DNA of 64,000 nucleotides from Candidatus Zixiibacteriota bacterium (GTDB lineage Bacteria; Zixibacteria; MSB-5A5; GN15; FEB-12): NCBI GenBank assembly GCA_040752815.1, contig JBFMGC010000003.1, positions 15,706 to 79,705 of the forward strand, read 5' to 3'. Shown piece by piece: positions 9,922 to 19,359 of this stretch (position 1 is its first letter; each line of letters starts with the position of its first letter). The notes under the pieces were generated by a model. It saw only the letters and a program-made list of their open reading frames with translations, ran no database searches and was not told where the DNA came from. The position numbers and the translations under genes were made by a program.

Positions 9922-11031
9922 ATGACCACACCGATAGTGCTGCATATAAGAGGCTCCGACTTCTACGGAAGCCCTGAGCGACTGATCATCGGACAGATGC
10001 AATACATGTCCTCGGTGCGCTCGATTGCAGCGTCGTTTGTCAAACCGGGACACGCCAATCCGTTCCTCGAACGTTTGGGCAGTTTTGGGATGGAACGTAT
10101 CGCGGTTGAAGATCGGCATAAGTTCGATTGGCAGATACCCGGTCGCTTGAGAGCGATATGCGCCACCCACCAAGTCGATTTAATCGTAACTCATGAATAC
10201 AAGTCGGCGTTTTACGGCTTTCTGGCGCGACGCAAGCTGGCTGTCCCGCAGATCTGCTACTTTCACGGCTGGACCAGCGAGGACGCCCGGGTGCGACTTT
10301 ACAACGCCCTAGATCGATTTGTGCATCGCCGCGCCGTCCGGGTTGTCACCGTTTCTAAAGCGAGCGCCCAGCGCCTGGTTGAGTCCGGTGTGCCGCCGGA
10401 CAAGATAGACGTTGTCTATAACGCTATCGATATCGATCCCAATGCCGACCCGCCCGAGCGGCAGCCCAACGCGGCGCCGGTGATTGGCGTGGTCGGTCGG
10501 CTCAGCTTTGAGAAGGGCGTTCATGATTTCATCCGGGCACTGGCTGTTGTACGGGGACGTTCGCATCGATTTGCCGCGCGTATTATCGGGTCGGGGCCGG
10601 AGGAAACCCGCCTGAAACAAATGACCGCTCAACTCGGTTTGACAGACGTTGTCAGCTTCGAGGGGTTCCGCTCGGACCTGGACCAGGTTTATCCCCGGCT
10701 TGATTTCCTGGTGATGCCGTCGCTATCGGAGGGCCACCCGGTGGTGATCCTCGAGGGCTGGAAGCATGGACTGGGGATTATTGCCACGCGCGCGGGTGGC
10801 ATTCCCGAAGTCGTGGAACACGAGAAGACCGGGCTCCTGGCGGATGTTGGACGGCCGGAACAGTTGGCCGAGCTGATCAGGCGCGGGATCGGCGATACTG
10901 GCCTGATGAACCGCCTGGGCCGGGCCGGGTTCGACCGGCTGAAAACCGACTACAGCTATCGCGGTCAGGCCGCGCGGTTGGAGGCAATCTATCTCGCGGT
11001 GATTCGTGAGTACCGTGAAAAGACTAATTAA
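9922..11031 (+). CDS. GT4 glycosyltransferase
   Basis: PSLSEGHPVVILEGWKHGLGIIATRAGGIPEVVEHEKTGLLAD is a classic GT4 C-terminal domain. Confidence 0.85.
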   Translation: MTTPIVLHIRGSDFYGSPERLIIGQMQYMSSVRSIAASFVKPGHANPFLERLGSFGMERIAVEDRHKFDWQIPGRLRAICATHQVDLIVTHEYKSAFYGFLARRKLAVPQICYFHGWTSEDARVRLYNALDRFVHRRAVRVVTVSKASAQRLVESGVPPDKIDVVYNAIDIDPNADPPERQPNAAPVIGVVGRLSFEKGVHDFIRALAVVRGRSHRFAARIIGSGPEETRLKQMTAQLGLTDVVSFEGFRSDLDQVYPRLDFLVMPSLSEGHPVVILEGWKHGLGIIATRAGGIPEVVEHEKTGLLADVGRPEQLAELIRRGIGDTGLMNRLGRAGFDRLKTDYSYRGQAARLEAIYLAVIREYREKTN

Positions 11032-12037
11032 GAACATCCTGATCTCAGTGGCGGCCGCACTCGGCATGGCCGCGCTGGGACGTTGGCTGAACCGGAGGCG
11101 GTTGGCTATTCTCATGTATCACGGCTTGATCGATGATGACCGCCCGTCTGAATGGACGCAGCTCGCAGTAAATGAATTCGAGGAACAGATTCGCCACCTC
11201 GCCCGACACTACACGCCGGTAACGCTTGAACAAGCCGTGGACTATGTTTCAGGAAACTGCGATCCCGGCAGAAACCCTGTTGTAGTCACGTTCGACGACG
11301 GCTACCGCAGCAACTATGAACTGGGGCTTCCGATATTGCAGAAATACAATGTGCCGGCCACGGTCTTCATAACTACCTCACTGCTTGGTGATTCCGTCCA
11401 GCCGCCCCGCACGCTTTGGTTCGACAGGGTGTACGGTGTCGCCTCGTCACTGCCAGCGGGTGAGATTGATCTGACCTCGCTCGGCCTGGCTCGCTATCGT
11501 GTTTCCGGAGCAGAGGATCGTATCGCTATGGTGGAGGTGATATGCGAGCATCTCAAGGGGTTCGCCTCCGACGAACGCAGCCGAACGATTGATAAACTCT
11601 CGGCAATGTTTCCCGCGACAGGACCCACAGGCCGGCGATATGTCGGCGCTGATTGGGATCACGTTAGGCAACACCAAGCTTCCATCACACCGGCGGCGCA
11701 TACGGTGAATCATGAAATTCTGTCACGCCTGCCGGAGGATCAGGCACGCCAGGAGATACTTCAATCGAAGCAAGCAATCGAGCACGAAACCGACTCACAG
11801 GTCACATTTTTCGCATACCCGAACGGTCGCCGTGAGGATTTCACGGACGAAACCAAACGTCTGGTGGCCGAGGCCGGCTTTCGAGCGGCGCTCACCACCA
11901 TAGAGGGATTGAATGAAGTCGGCGATGACCTTTTCGAATTGAAGCGGCTCGGTATTGGTTCCAATGCCACGCCGAAATGGTTCCATCTCAAAGTAGCCGG
12001 TGTATTAGACTTCTGGTCCAACAAGGGCGCCAAGTAG
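11006..12037 (+). CDS. polysaccharide deacetylase (NodB homology / CE4), N-terminal membrane anchor
   Basis: VVVTFDDGYRSNYELGLPILQKYNVPATVFITTS (TFDDG motif) and FAYPNGRRED are present, with an N-terminal TM segment (ILISVAAALGMAAL). It overlaps the upstream gene end. The start is GTG 11006 or GTG 11015. Confidence 0.85.
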   Translation: MSTVKRLIKNILISVAAALGMAALGRWLNRRRLAILMYHGLIDDDRPSEWTQLAVNEFEEQIRHLARHYTPVTLEQAVDYVSGNCDPGRNPVVVTFDDGYRSNYELGLPILQKYNVPATVFITTSLLGDSVQPPRTLWFDRVYGVASSLPAGEIDLTSLGLARYRVSGAEDRIAMVEVICEHLKGFASDERSRTIDKLSAMFPATGPTGRRYVGADWDHVRQHQASITPAAHTVNHEILSRLPEDQARQEILQSKQAIEHETDSQVTFFAYPNGRREDFTDETKRLVAEAGFRAALTTIEGLNEVGDDLFELKRLGIGSNATPKWFHLKVAGVLDFWSNKGAK

Positions 12038-13230
12038 TGATTATCGATCTGATTGAGAATATCGACGGTTTTCGCCGCCTTGAGCCGGAGTGGAACGGTG
12101 TCCTCGAGCGCAACCGGCATGATAATCCCTTCATGACCTTCGAGTGGCTGCTTTCGTATCTGGAGGTGTACGGCCACTCGGTCAATCTCTTCGTGGTTGT
12201 AGTACGGGAAGGCTCCCGAATTCTCGCCTTGGCGCCATTGATGATAAATGAGAAGCAACACTTGGTTTTCATCGGCTATCCGCACAACGACTATGCCGAC
12301 ATCATCGTAAGTGGCGAGCACCCGTCTGCGCTCGACGCTGTCTGCTCGGTACTTATCACCCACCGGCATCGCTGGAAGAAGATTATTCTCGATCAGATGC
12401 ACGAAGATCGTTCACACTGGAAGGAACTCCGTGCCCGGCTGGAGAAACAAGAACGGCCCTTCCGCATACTGCTATCCGATAGTTGTCCCGCCATGGTGCT
12501 CGACGATATCGCGGCGGCGCGCAAGAAGTACTACAAGAGAAACATCACTACCTACGTGAACTGGTACGAGGCACAGGGCCGGTTTGCCTTCAACATTTAC
12601 AACACGAAAGACGAAGCGCTGGCGAGGCTCGAGGATCTGTTTGCGCAGCATATCGAGCGCCGCGACCAGACTCCGTTCCCCAGCCAGTTCACGAGCGACT
12701 CGGTGCGCGCCCTCTACCGGAGGTTCATCGATCGGATGTATTCGCGAAACTGGGTGTTGCTCTCCAGCCTCACCCTGGACGATAAATTCCTGGCGTTGTA
12801 CCTGGCTTTTCGGTACCGGGATACCCTGTACCTGTACACGACCAGTTTCAATGGCGCCTACTGGTCCCGGTCACCCGGTCAGGTAATCCTGCGCTACTTG
12901 TTCGATTATTGCGTGGAGCACGGCATCCGTCAGATGGACTTTGCGCGCGGCGGCGAGGGATACAAAGATCGCTTCTCGAACGTGGTTCGCCAGAATCGGA
13001 AGTTCATCGTATACAACACCCGCTTGGCGCTCGCGGTGGCAAAGGCTTTTCACGCGTTTCGTTACTCGCGGCTGGTGGATCGGCTGTACCGTAACCGGCG
13101 TGTCCAGGGGGCCTTGAACGCGTATCTTTACGCGGCAAGAAAAGACGGCCGGATGGGGGGAATTTACCGCGGCCTCGTGACTCTGATCACTCTCAGCGAA
13201 TCCAAAGGCGGTGGCCGTGCCCAGGATTAA
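12037..13230 (+). CDS. FemAB/CelD-like GNAT acyl- or aminoacyl-transferase (Acetyltransf_6-type)
   Basis: LEPEWNGVLERNRHDNPFMTFEWLLSYLEVYG and the C-terminal DFARGGEGYKDRFSN are typical of CelD/BioF2-like/FemAB-related proteins found in EPS loci. GTG 12037 shares its G with the upstream TAG. Confidence 0.7.
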   Translation: MIIDLIENIDGFRRLEPEWNGVLERNRHDNPFMTFEWLLSYLEVYGHSVNLFVVVVREGSRILALAPLMINEKQHLVFIGYPHNDYADIIVSGEHPSALDAVCSVLITHRHRWKKIILDQMHEDRSHWKELRARLEKQERPFRILLSDSCPAMVLDDIAAARKKYYKRNITTYVNWYEAQGRFAFNIYNTKDEALARLEDLFAQHIERRDQTPFPSQFTSDSVRALYRRFIDRMYSRNWVLLSSLTLDDKFLALYLAFRYRDTLYLYTTSFNGAYWSRSPGQVILRYLFDYCVEHGIRQMDFARGGEGYKDRFSNVVRQNRKFIVYNTRLALAVAKAFHAFRYSRLVDRLYRNRRVQGALNAYLYAARKDGRMGGIYRGLVTLITLSESKGGGRAQD

Positions 13231-14347
13231 GATACTCTACATCATCGACTATCTCAGCGCCGGCGGCGGCACCGAGCGCCAGATGCGCCAGCTGGTGTTG
13301 CACCTGGACCGCGAGCAATTTGACCCCACTCTCGTTACACTGCGGCCGATCAAGTGGCTCAACATGCCCGAGCACGTAAACCCCAACTGCGAGCATATCT
13401 GCCTTGATGTCCCCCGCCTGGCCGGCCCGAAAGCCGCCCTGGCCCTGTTTCGGCTGGCCCGTTTCCTTCGCCGCCACCGGTTCGATATCGTTCATACGTT
13501 CTTTCAGGATGCCAACTTGATGGGCGTGCTGGCCGGAACGCTCGCCGGCACCCGCAGCATCATTGTCAGCCGACGAGACATCGGCCACTGGTACACGCCG
13601 GGGAAGTTGTTTGTCTTACGCCAGTTCAATCGCATGGCCGATTATTTTCTGGTCAACTCCGACGCGGTTAAACGCTCGGTCGCCGGACATGAAAGATTCC
13701 GCCCGGAACGAATCAAAGTCGTGCGCAACGGCTACTTTGACCTTCCGGACGATAGCCCGTCGCCGCTTAGCAAGACTGAACTCGGTGTCCCGGCCGACTC
13801 CCCTCTTGTGGGCGTGGTCGCCAACCTCGGCGTGGTTAAACGGATCGACAACTTCATTCGCGTTGCCGGACGTGTCGCCGACAAGAAATGCCATTTCGTG
13901 GTGATCGGCGCGAGCGACAATGTCGAGCCGTTCTATGACCTGGCCCGCCAGTGCGGCCTTGAGGGGCGCTTCCACATCCTCCACACCCTCGAGAATATCT
14001 TCAATCATGTGAAGCTGTTCGATGTCGGCGTGCTTACCTCGGACGCCGAAGGTCTTTCCAACACGCTGATCGAGTACCAGTTGTGCGGCAAACCGGCGCT
14101 GGCTTTCGATGTCGGCGGCAACCGCGAGGCTCTCCGCGACGGGCGCACCGGTTACTTAATCCCTCCGGGCGATCTCGACGGTATGGTAAAGGGTTTGGAC
14201 GCACTGCTGACTGACCACGGCCTCAGAAAATCGATGGGGGCTAACGCCGCCGCCTGGGCCAGGCAGGAATTCGCCGGCCAGAGGCTCATTGAGCAGACAT
14301 CCGCGTTCTATCGCCACTCCCTGACCGGGAAAGACATAACGGACTGA
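13211..14347 (+). CDS. GT4 glycosyltransferase
   Basis: IKILYIIDYLSAGGGTERQM N-terminus and LTSDAEGLSNTLIEYQLCGKPALAFDVGGNREALRDGRTGYLIPPGD C-terminal motif. It overlaps the upstream gene by about 20 nt. Confidence 0.85.
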   Translation: MAVPRIKILYIIDYLSAGGGTERQMRQLVLHLDREQFDPTLVTLRPIKWLNMPEHVNPNCEHICLDVPRLAGPKAALALFRLARFLRRHRFDIVHTFFQDANLMGVLAGTLAGTRSIIVSRRDIGHWYTPGKLFVLRQFNRMADYFLVNSDAVKRSVAGHERFRPERIKVVRNGYFDLPDDSPSPLSKTELGVPADSPLVGVVANLGVVKRIDNFIRVAGRVADKKCHFVVIGASDNVEPFYDLARQCGLEGRFHILHTLENIFNHVKLFDVGVLTSDAEGLSNTLIEYQLCGKPALAFDVGGNREALRDGRTGYLIPPGDLDGMVKGLDALLTDHGLRKSMGANAAAWARQEFAGQRLIEQTSAFYRHSLTGKDITD

Positions 14348-14384
14348 TCACTTGCACGAGTCGTTGCGGCCCGAGCAAACAGGG

Positions 14385-15428
14385 TCAAAACGGCTCGTGT
14401 TTGCCGAGTACTCTCCACAGGACCGCACGGAGCCCCCGTCTGATCTGCAGCAACCGGCGCGCCAGCCAACCGGGGAGACGAGCCAGCAGTCTCACATACG
14501 CCGGCGCATCGCTCACATCCTCCAGTGCCTCGCGAGCTTCCGCGCAGCGGCCCAGCGAGATCAGGCTGCGCGCCTTGAGCAGATACTGATTGCTGACCAC
14601 CCGATCGTACTCCGCCTCGTGCTGCGCCAGATAGCCCGGGTCCAGTCCCCAGAGTCGTTCCAGAATCTTGAGCCGTGTGATCGCCATGACCAGGCTGTCA
14701 GCATCGGTCAGTCTCGGTCCCGAGTGAGCATGCTGCCAGGCTGTTTCTATGTCCAGATAGGCCGCCTTCCCTTTTTTCGCCAATCGCCCAAAGCAGAGCC
14801 AGTCCTCGTACATGGGAAGGTCTTCCCCGAATTCAAGGGCGTCGCCCGCCTCTACCCGCCGCACGATCGTCGTGCTGGTCACGACATAGATCGCCTGCGC
14901 CAGCGACACGTATAGGTCGCCGGAATGCACTTTGAAATCCTCGATACCAGCCAGGAGCGGTGCGATTTGGGAATAGGCCACGCCCGGACCCAGGATCTCA
15001 TCCCAGGATCGCGGATCGTTGTGCCAGTACCTCAGAAAATTCCGAATAATACTGCCCCGTTTCGTGGTGATGGCTATATCCGAGAAAGCGAAGAGAATGT
15101 CCGGACGTGCCCCCATCAGTTGCCGCTGCAATGCCAGCTTGCCGGGCATCCACTCGTCGTCGGAATCCAGAAACGCCACCAGATCGCTTCTGGCCTCGGC
15201 GATGCCCCGGTTCCGCGCCCTGCCGGCGCCGCCGTTGCTGATCTTGACGTACCTGATGCGGTCTCGATACCTCTCAAGCACCGCCCTTGTGTTGTCGACA
15301 GAGTCGTCGTCGACGACAATGATTTCGTCGCCCGACTGCACCTGGCCGAACACTGAGTTCAGCGCGCGCTCAATGAGGTGGGCGCGATTATAGGTAGGGA
15401 TGATGACCGAGACTGTGAGCTGCTCCAA
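14385..15428 (-). CDS. family 2 glycosyltransferase
   Basis: VSVIIPTYNRAHLIERALNSVFGQ...IIVVDDDSVDNT...FLDSDDEW is a textbook GT2 signature. Confidence 0.9.
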   Translation of the reverse strand: MEQLTVSVIIPTYNRAHLIERALNSVFGQVQSGDEIIVVDDDSVDNTRAVLERYRDRIRYVKISNGGAGRARNRGIAEARSDLVAFLDSDDEWMPGKLALQRQLMGARPDILFAFSDIAITTKRGSIIRNFLRYWHNDPRSWDEILGPGVAYSQIAPLLAGIEDFKVHSGDLYVSLAQAIYVVTSTTIVRRVEAGDALEFGEDLPMYEDWLCFGRLAKKGKAAYLDIETAWQHAHSGPRLTDADSLVMAITRLKILERLWGLDPGYLAQHEAEYDRVVSNQYLLKARSLISLGRCAEAREALEDVSDAPAYVRLLARLPGWLARRLLQIRRGLRAVLWRVLGKHEPF

Positions 15429-15439
15429 ACGACTATCCT

Positions 15440-16582
15440 CTATGCTCCGGGTCGGACACGTTGCACCAGTTTGTTGATCCAGGATACGCCCTTGAGGCGT
15501 TTACGGGCCCGGTATGCCATAAGCGAGGCCTGCCCCCGAAACGTGTTGGAGAACAGTATCGCTTCGACTGAGGTCGAGTTCTCGTTGCTCCAGCGATGCT
15601 TGTAACCGCCGTCGCCCGGAAACAGATGAAACCTCCGAAGGTCCCGGCGGTGCTCCATAAGATAGCGGATGATATCGAGAAGGAGCAGGTTCGACGGGGT
15701 CAGTTCGTGGTAATCCTCGTGGTAGCCGATCTTGAACCAGTGGAAAACGTCCCCCTCGGTGTAGCCGAAGGCTCCCGCGATTGCGTACCCGTCCAACTCC
15801 AGGAAGAACAGATGCAGGCAGCCCTGATCGGCCAGGAGCCGGACAAGACCCCGGTAGTATCTCTGGTAGTTTTCGGGGAGTCGGGCTATTGACGACTCCG
15901 CTCGCCCTTTCCAGCCGGAGTCTTCGAGATGCAGCAGCTCTCCAAAATTGCTGACCGCAGCATCCCGTTCGAAGTGCAGGAAAGCTCCCGCCCCGACATC
16001 CTCCAGACGCTTTCTCAGTCTCTTGAGATTACTGCGGAGTTTTGCCGAGATGGTTCGATGGTAGAATTCGTCGAACCCTACCCCGAGGTCAATCGTGAAG
16101 TCGGGTAATTCGGTGCGTCCGAAGGCAAATCCGGATCGGGACAGCGCCGCTTCGGACAGAAGCGCTCCCTCCGGATTGAACGAAAAGTACGGTCCGAGGC
16201 GGATTATGTCGAAGGACGATCGCATTTCCCTGAGGGTGGGATACAGGTTAGCAGCGAACAGATCCTCACGGTCCTGTCTGATCAGCGGAGAGCAGTGCAG
16301 GCAATGCAGATTGGTGATGCTCGATAGTGCTCTCCGCCCTGCTGCCTTCGTGGACACCAACGGCAGAAAACCAACCGTCTCACCCTGGTCTTCTATACGA
16401 ATGATGCGAATCGCTTCCTCGGATGCGAAGCAATGATACCAGAGGCAGAGATACTCGAAGCTGAGAAACGGAGAGCGAACCGCAGATTCCTTGTAGATCG
16501 CCTCCCACTCGTCGCGAATTGCCTGCAAGGCCTCCGGGACTGGCACGCTGATCGGTTCGGGACTGAAGCTGTTATTGGTCAT
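15440..16582 (-). CDS. FemAB/CelD-like GNAT acyl- or aminoacyl-transferase (second copy)
   Basis: IRDEWEAIYKESAVRSPFLSFEYLCLWYHCF and C-terminal FPGDGGYKHRWSN show the same family pattern as 12037..13230. Confidence 0.7.
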   Translation of the reverse strand: MTNNSFSPEPISVPVPEALQAIRDEWEAIYKESAVRSPFLSFEYLCLWYHCFASEEAIRIIRIEDQGETVGFLPLVSTKAAGRRALSSITNLHCLHCSPLIRQDREDLFAANLYPTLREMRSSFDIIRLGPYFSFNPEGALLSEAALSRSGFAFGRTELPDFTIDLGVGFDEFYHRTISAKLRSNLKRLRKRLEDVGAGAFLHFERDAAVSNFGELLHLEDSGWKGRAESSIARLPENYQRYYRGLVRLLADQGCLHLFFLELDGYAIAGAFGYTEGDVFHWFKIGYHEDYHELTPSNLLLLDIIRYLMEHRRDLRRFHLFPGDGGYKHRWSNENSTSVEAILFSNTFRGQASLMAYRARKRLKGVSWINKLVQRVRPGA

Positions 16583-16825
16583 TGATCTGTGCTTGAGACC
16601 TCAAAGTGAAGTCGACACTGGCACCGCCTCTTAGCTAATTCGGGACGATCACGGGTGAGCTTTACCACCTGGTCATGTTCGATTCAACATACAGTTCGCC
16701 AAGTGATCGCTCCATGGCAAAAGACAGCAAACCTGCCGCCGCAACCCACACGTTCAAGGCAAAGGGCACCTTCCCGAGTAACCAGGTAAACCGACAGCGA
16801 ACCGACATCCGGACGGTGAATTGCC

Positions 16826-17827
16826 CTACAGGGTCAGCACCCCGTCGGCAAAAGTCTTGTCCTGTATATAGCAAACAGAATGCGGGCGGAGCAACCATCT
16901 CGTGGTCACAATTTCGCCCAGCATTCTGTACCCCACAAGTTGTATCGCAGCGGCTAACATCCGCTCGTTCTTTTCATGCACAATCGAATAATGAAACGCC
17001 CGTCCCGATTCCGCCGCCTTTTGCAGCGAAAAGGCCACCGTAGCCAGGCCGATCCCCCGGCCGTGATAATCCGGACGCTCGTTGAGATCGAGACCATAGC
17101 AGGAGTTTTCGCGGAGCTTGATTTGAAGCCCGGTATCAGGCTCAAAGTCGCCGACTTCAGTTACCCAGCATAGCCCTACAATGTTGCCGTCCAACCAGGC
17201 CGCATATCCGGTGTACCCTTTTCTGAGTCGTTCCACAAACAGTTGCTGTTTCTCTTGCTCCTCAGCTCGCCTCCAGAGTCCGTTAGTCGCCTGAAGATCA
17301 TCGGGTGAAACTGCTCGAAAAGTGGTGCCGTCCGGTACTCTGATTTGGGGAACAGGCTGGCGGACCAGATCGAATGCGAGAATATAGTAGTGGTCTCTTT
17401 TGTAGATGGCCTCGGCCAGCCTCGCGAACGACTTCCTGGCTCCCCATGTCATCCCCCGAAATACTCCCCGGCCTCGAACCGTCTCGATCAACTTGTCCCA
17501 TGGCGACCCCGACAGGGCTGGTGCCTCGGCCGCGACCGGCCGGGCGATTTTGGCGCCTGCTGAGAGCTCCCTTTCGCCGATAGACTTCGCTATCAATTCC
17601 ACCAGATCTTTGAAACTCATCTGCCCGCGTTCGACCCAGATCGACTCGGGTATCTCAATCTCGAATCGGTTCTCGAGAGCGGTGATAAAGGTCGTCAGGG
17701 CCAGTGAGTCCAGTCCCAGTCCGAATTCGCCCAGTGGATCCTCGCTGTTTATTTCGCGATCACTGCCGCTGAACGCCACCCGACGGAGGATACCGGCCAC
17801 CTCCTGTTCCAACTGTGCCTGGATCAT
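16826..17827 (-). CDS. carrier protein (ACP/PCP-like) fused to a C-terminal GNAT acyltransferase domain
   Basis: The N-terminal roughly 80 aa contain the phosphopantetheine attachment motif GLGLDSLALTTFITALE. The C-terminal part has a GNAT-like HGRGIGLATVAF motif. ATG 17827..17825 overlaps the TGA (17826..17824) of the upstream ligase (ATGA). The listed 17938 start runs inside that ligase. Confidence 0.7.
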   Translation of the reverse strand: MIQAQLEQEVAGILRRVAFSGSDREINSEDPLGEFGLGLDSLALTTFITALENRFEIEIPESIWVERGQMSFKDLVELIAKSIGERELSAGAKIARPVAAEAPALSGSPWDKLIETVRGRGVFRGMTWGARKSFARLAEAIYKRDHYYILAFDLVRQPVPQIRVPDGTTFRAVSPDDLQATNGLWRRAEEQEKQQLFVERLRKGYTGYAAWLDGNIVGLCWVTEVGDFEPDTGLQIKLRENSCYGLDLNERPDYHGRGIGLATVAFSLQKAAESGRAFHYSIVHEKNERMLAAAIQLVGYRMLGEIVTTRWLLRPHSVCYIQDKTFADGVLTL

Positions 17828-19359
17828 ATGGTCACATCCTCCGGGCGGAGTCGCACCTTGCCGGTGGCGCCGCGCGGAAGCTCGGAACGAATGTCCACAC
17901 GCCGCGGGATTTTGTAATCGGCCAGGCGGCCGCGGCACCAGGCGAGAATGTCATTCTCTCCGGCTTCGGATTTCAGTGTGACTGCGGCATAGACTATCTC
18001 CTCGCCGCTCTGGTCACGCGCACCGATCACCGCCGCCTCGCGCACGACAGGACAGCTCTCCAACACCCGGACAACTTCGTCCGGCGATACCTTCATCCCG
18101 CCGACATTGATCAGGCGGTCGAGTCGTCCCGTGACATAGAGAAATCCGTCGGAATCAAGATAGCCGACGTCACCAGTCCAATACTCGCCGTTTTTGAGAC
18201 CGCTGCCGCCGCCGGGCTGACCCATCGCATACCCCAGCGCGACCGCCGCGCCTGAGATCACCACCTCCCCCGCCGAACCGGCTGCTGTCGCGTGGCCGTC
18301 GGGATCCACTATGCGAATTCTAACGTTGGGCATGGCCTGTCCGACAGAGTCCTTGCGGTTAAGAACTTCCGACGGAACATGAGTTGTTGCAGCGCCGCTT
18401 TCCGATGAGCCGTAGTGCTGACAGATAACCGCTCCGAATTTCTGGTGGAAGGCGTTAATCGTCTCTGGGCTGAGCGGGGCCGTGCAGGAAAGCAGATAGC
18501 GAATGTGGGACAGATTGGGGATTTCGCCCATGCGGGTTTCCAGAAAGAACCGGTACATACTCGGAACACCGAGAAAGACCGAGATCTCCGGACGGGCCAG
18601 TTCGCCCATGGTCTTTCGCGGAATAAAAGTGTCTCTCAGTTCGAGTCTTGCGCCTGAGTGGAGCGATGCCAGCACCCCAAGATCGAACCCGTAGGAGTGA
18701 AACGCGGGCACCGCGGAGAGAATGCAGTCGTCCGGAGTCAGAGCGAGACCCTCCCCAACGTTTCGGGTCTCCGCTAACAGGTTACTGGCCGACAGCACAA
18801 TTCCCTTTGGCTCGCCAGTCGAACCGGATGTAAACTTGATCAATGATGGAGCCTGCTCCTTCGATTCAATCGGCTTGCGCCACCAGTGTGCGCCCTTTTC
18901 GCCGACGCGATCTTCCCTCTCGATCAGTACCAGCGGTTCGCGGGTGGCCCCGGAGAAGACCTGCTTTCGTTTGACCGGCGCTACACTGGCAACGAGTGAG
19001 TCAGACAGCAAATTGCCGGTCAGAAAGAAGTCCGGTCGGGTGCCGGCGGTAATGGCTTGAAGTTCTGTCGCATGGTACTTGGTCGACACCAGTAACACCA
19101 CACAGCGCAATCGGCACAAGGCGAGATAGGCGACCACGAAATCTATCGTGTTGGGCAGACAGAGGCCGACGGCGTCGCCGGCTCGCACCCTGGAGCCCGA
19201 AAGCTGACCGGCCAGGTTCTCAGCGGCGGAAAAGATCTCGGAAAAAGTCGCGCGGCTGTCCGGCGTGGCGACTGCCACACGGTTGCCGAACGCATTGGCC
19301 CGCCCGTGGAACTCGTTCCACAGCACTGAAGATTGGCCATTAGGTATCATATCGCACAT
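17824..19359 (-). CDS. AMP-dependent acyl/aminoacyl ligase (ANL superfamily; exosortase-A-associated acyl-CoA ligase-like)
   Basis: It has the AMP-binding motif LIKFTSGSTGEPKGIVLS, the core YWTGDVGYLDSDGFLYVTGRLDRLINVGGMKVSPDEV, and a C-terminal lysine motif GKV. Confidence 0.85.
   Translation of the reverse strand: MCDMIPNGQSSVLWNEFHGRANAFGNRVAVATPDSRATFSEIFSAAENLAGQLSGSRVRAGDAVGLCLPNTIDFVVAYLALCRLRCVVLLVSTKYHATELQAITAGTRPDFFLTGNLLSDSLVASVAPVKRKQVFSGATREPLVLIEREDRVGEKGAHWWRKPIESKEQAPSLIKFTSGSTGEPKGIVLSASNLLAETRNVGEGLALTPDDCILSAVPAFHSYGFDLGVLASLHSGARLELRDTFIPRKTMGELARPEISVFLGVPSMYRFFLETRMGEIPNLSHIRYLLSCTAPLSPETINAFHQKFGAVICQHYGSSESGAATTHVPSEVLNRKDSVGQAMPNVRIRIVDPDGHATAAGSAGEVVISGAAVALGYAMGQPGGGSGLKNGEYWTGDVGYLDSDGFLYVTGRLDRLINVGGMKVSPDEVVRVLESCPVVREAAVIGARDQSGEEIVYAAVTLKSEAGENDILAWCRGRLADYKIPRRVDIRSELPRGATGKVRLRPEDVTI

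Noticed and set aside
16618-16634. TGGCACCGCCTCTTAGC (TGGCAC hexamer) in the 16583..16825 spacer
   Set aside because: There is no TTGC at the correct distance. It is also on the plus strand, facing into the ends of minus-strand genes.
16662-16808. Possible 48-aa hydrophobic small ORF (MSVRCRFTWLLGKVPFALNVWVAAAGLLSFAM...) downstream of the ACP-GNAT gene
   Set aside because: It has no SD and no recognisable family, and it could be a chance ORF in the 240-bp spacer.
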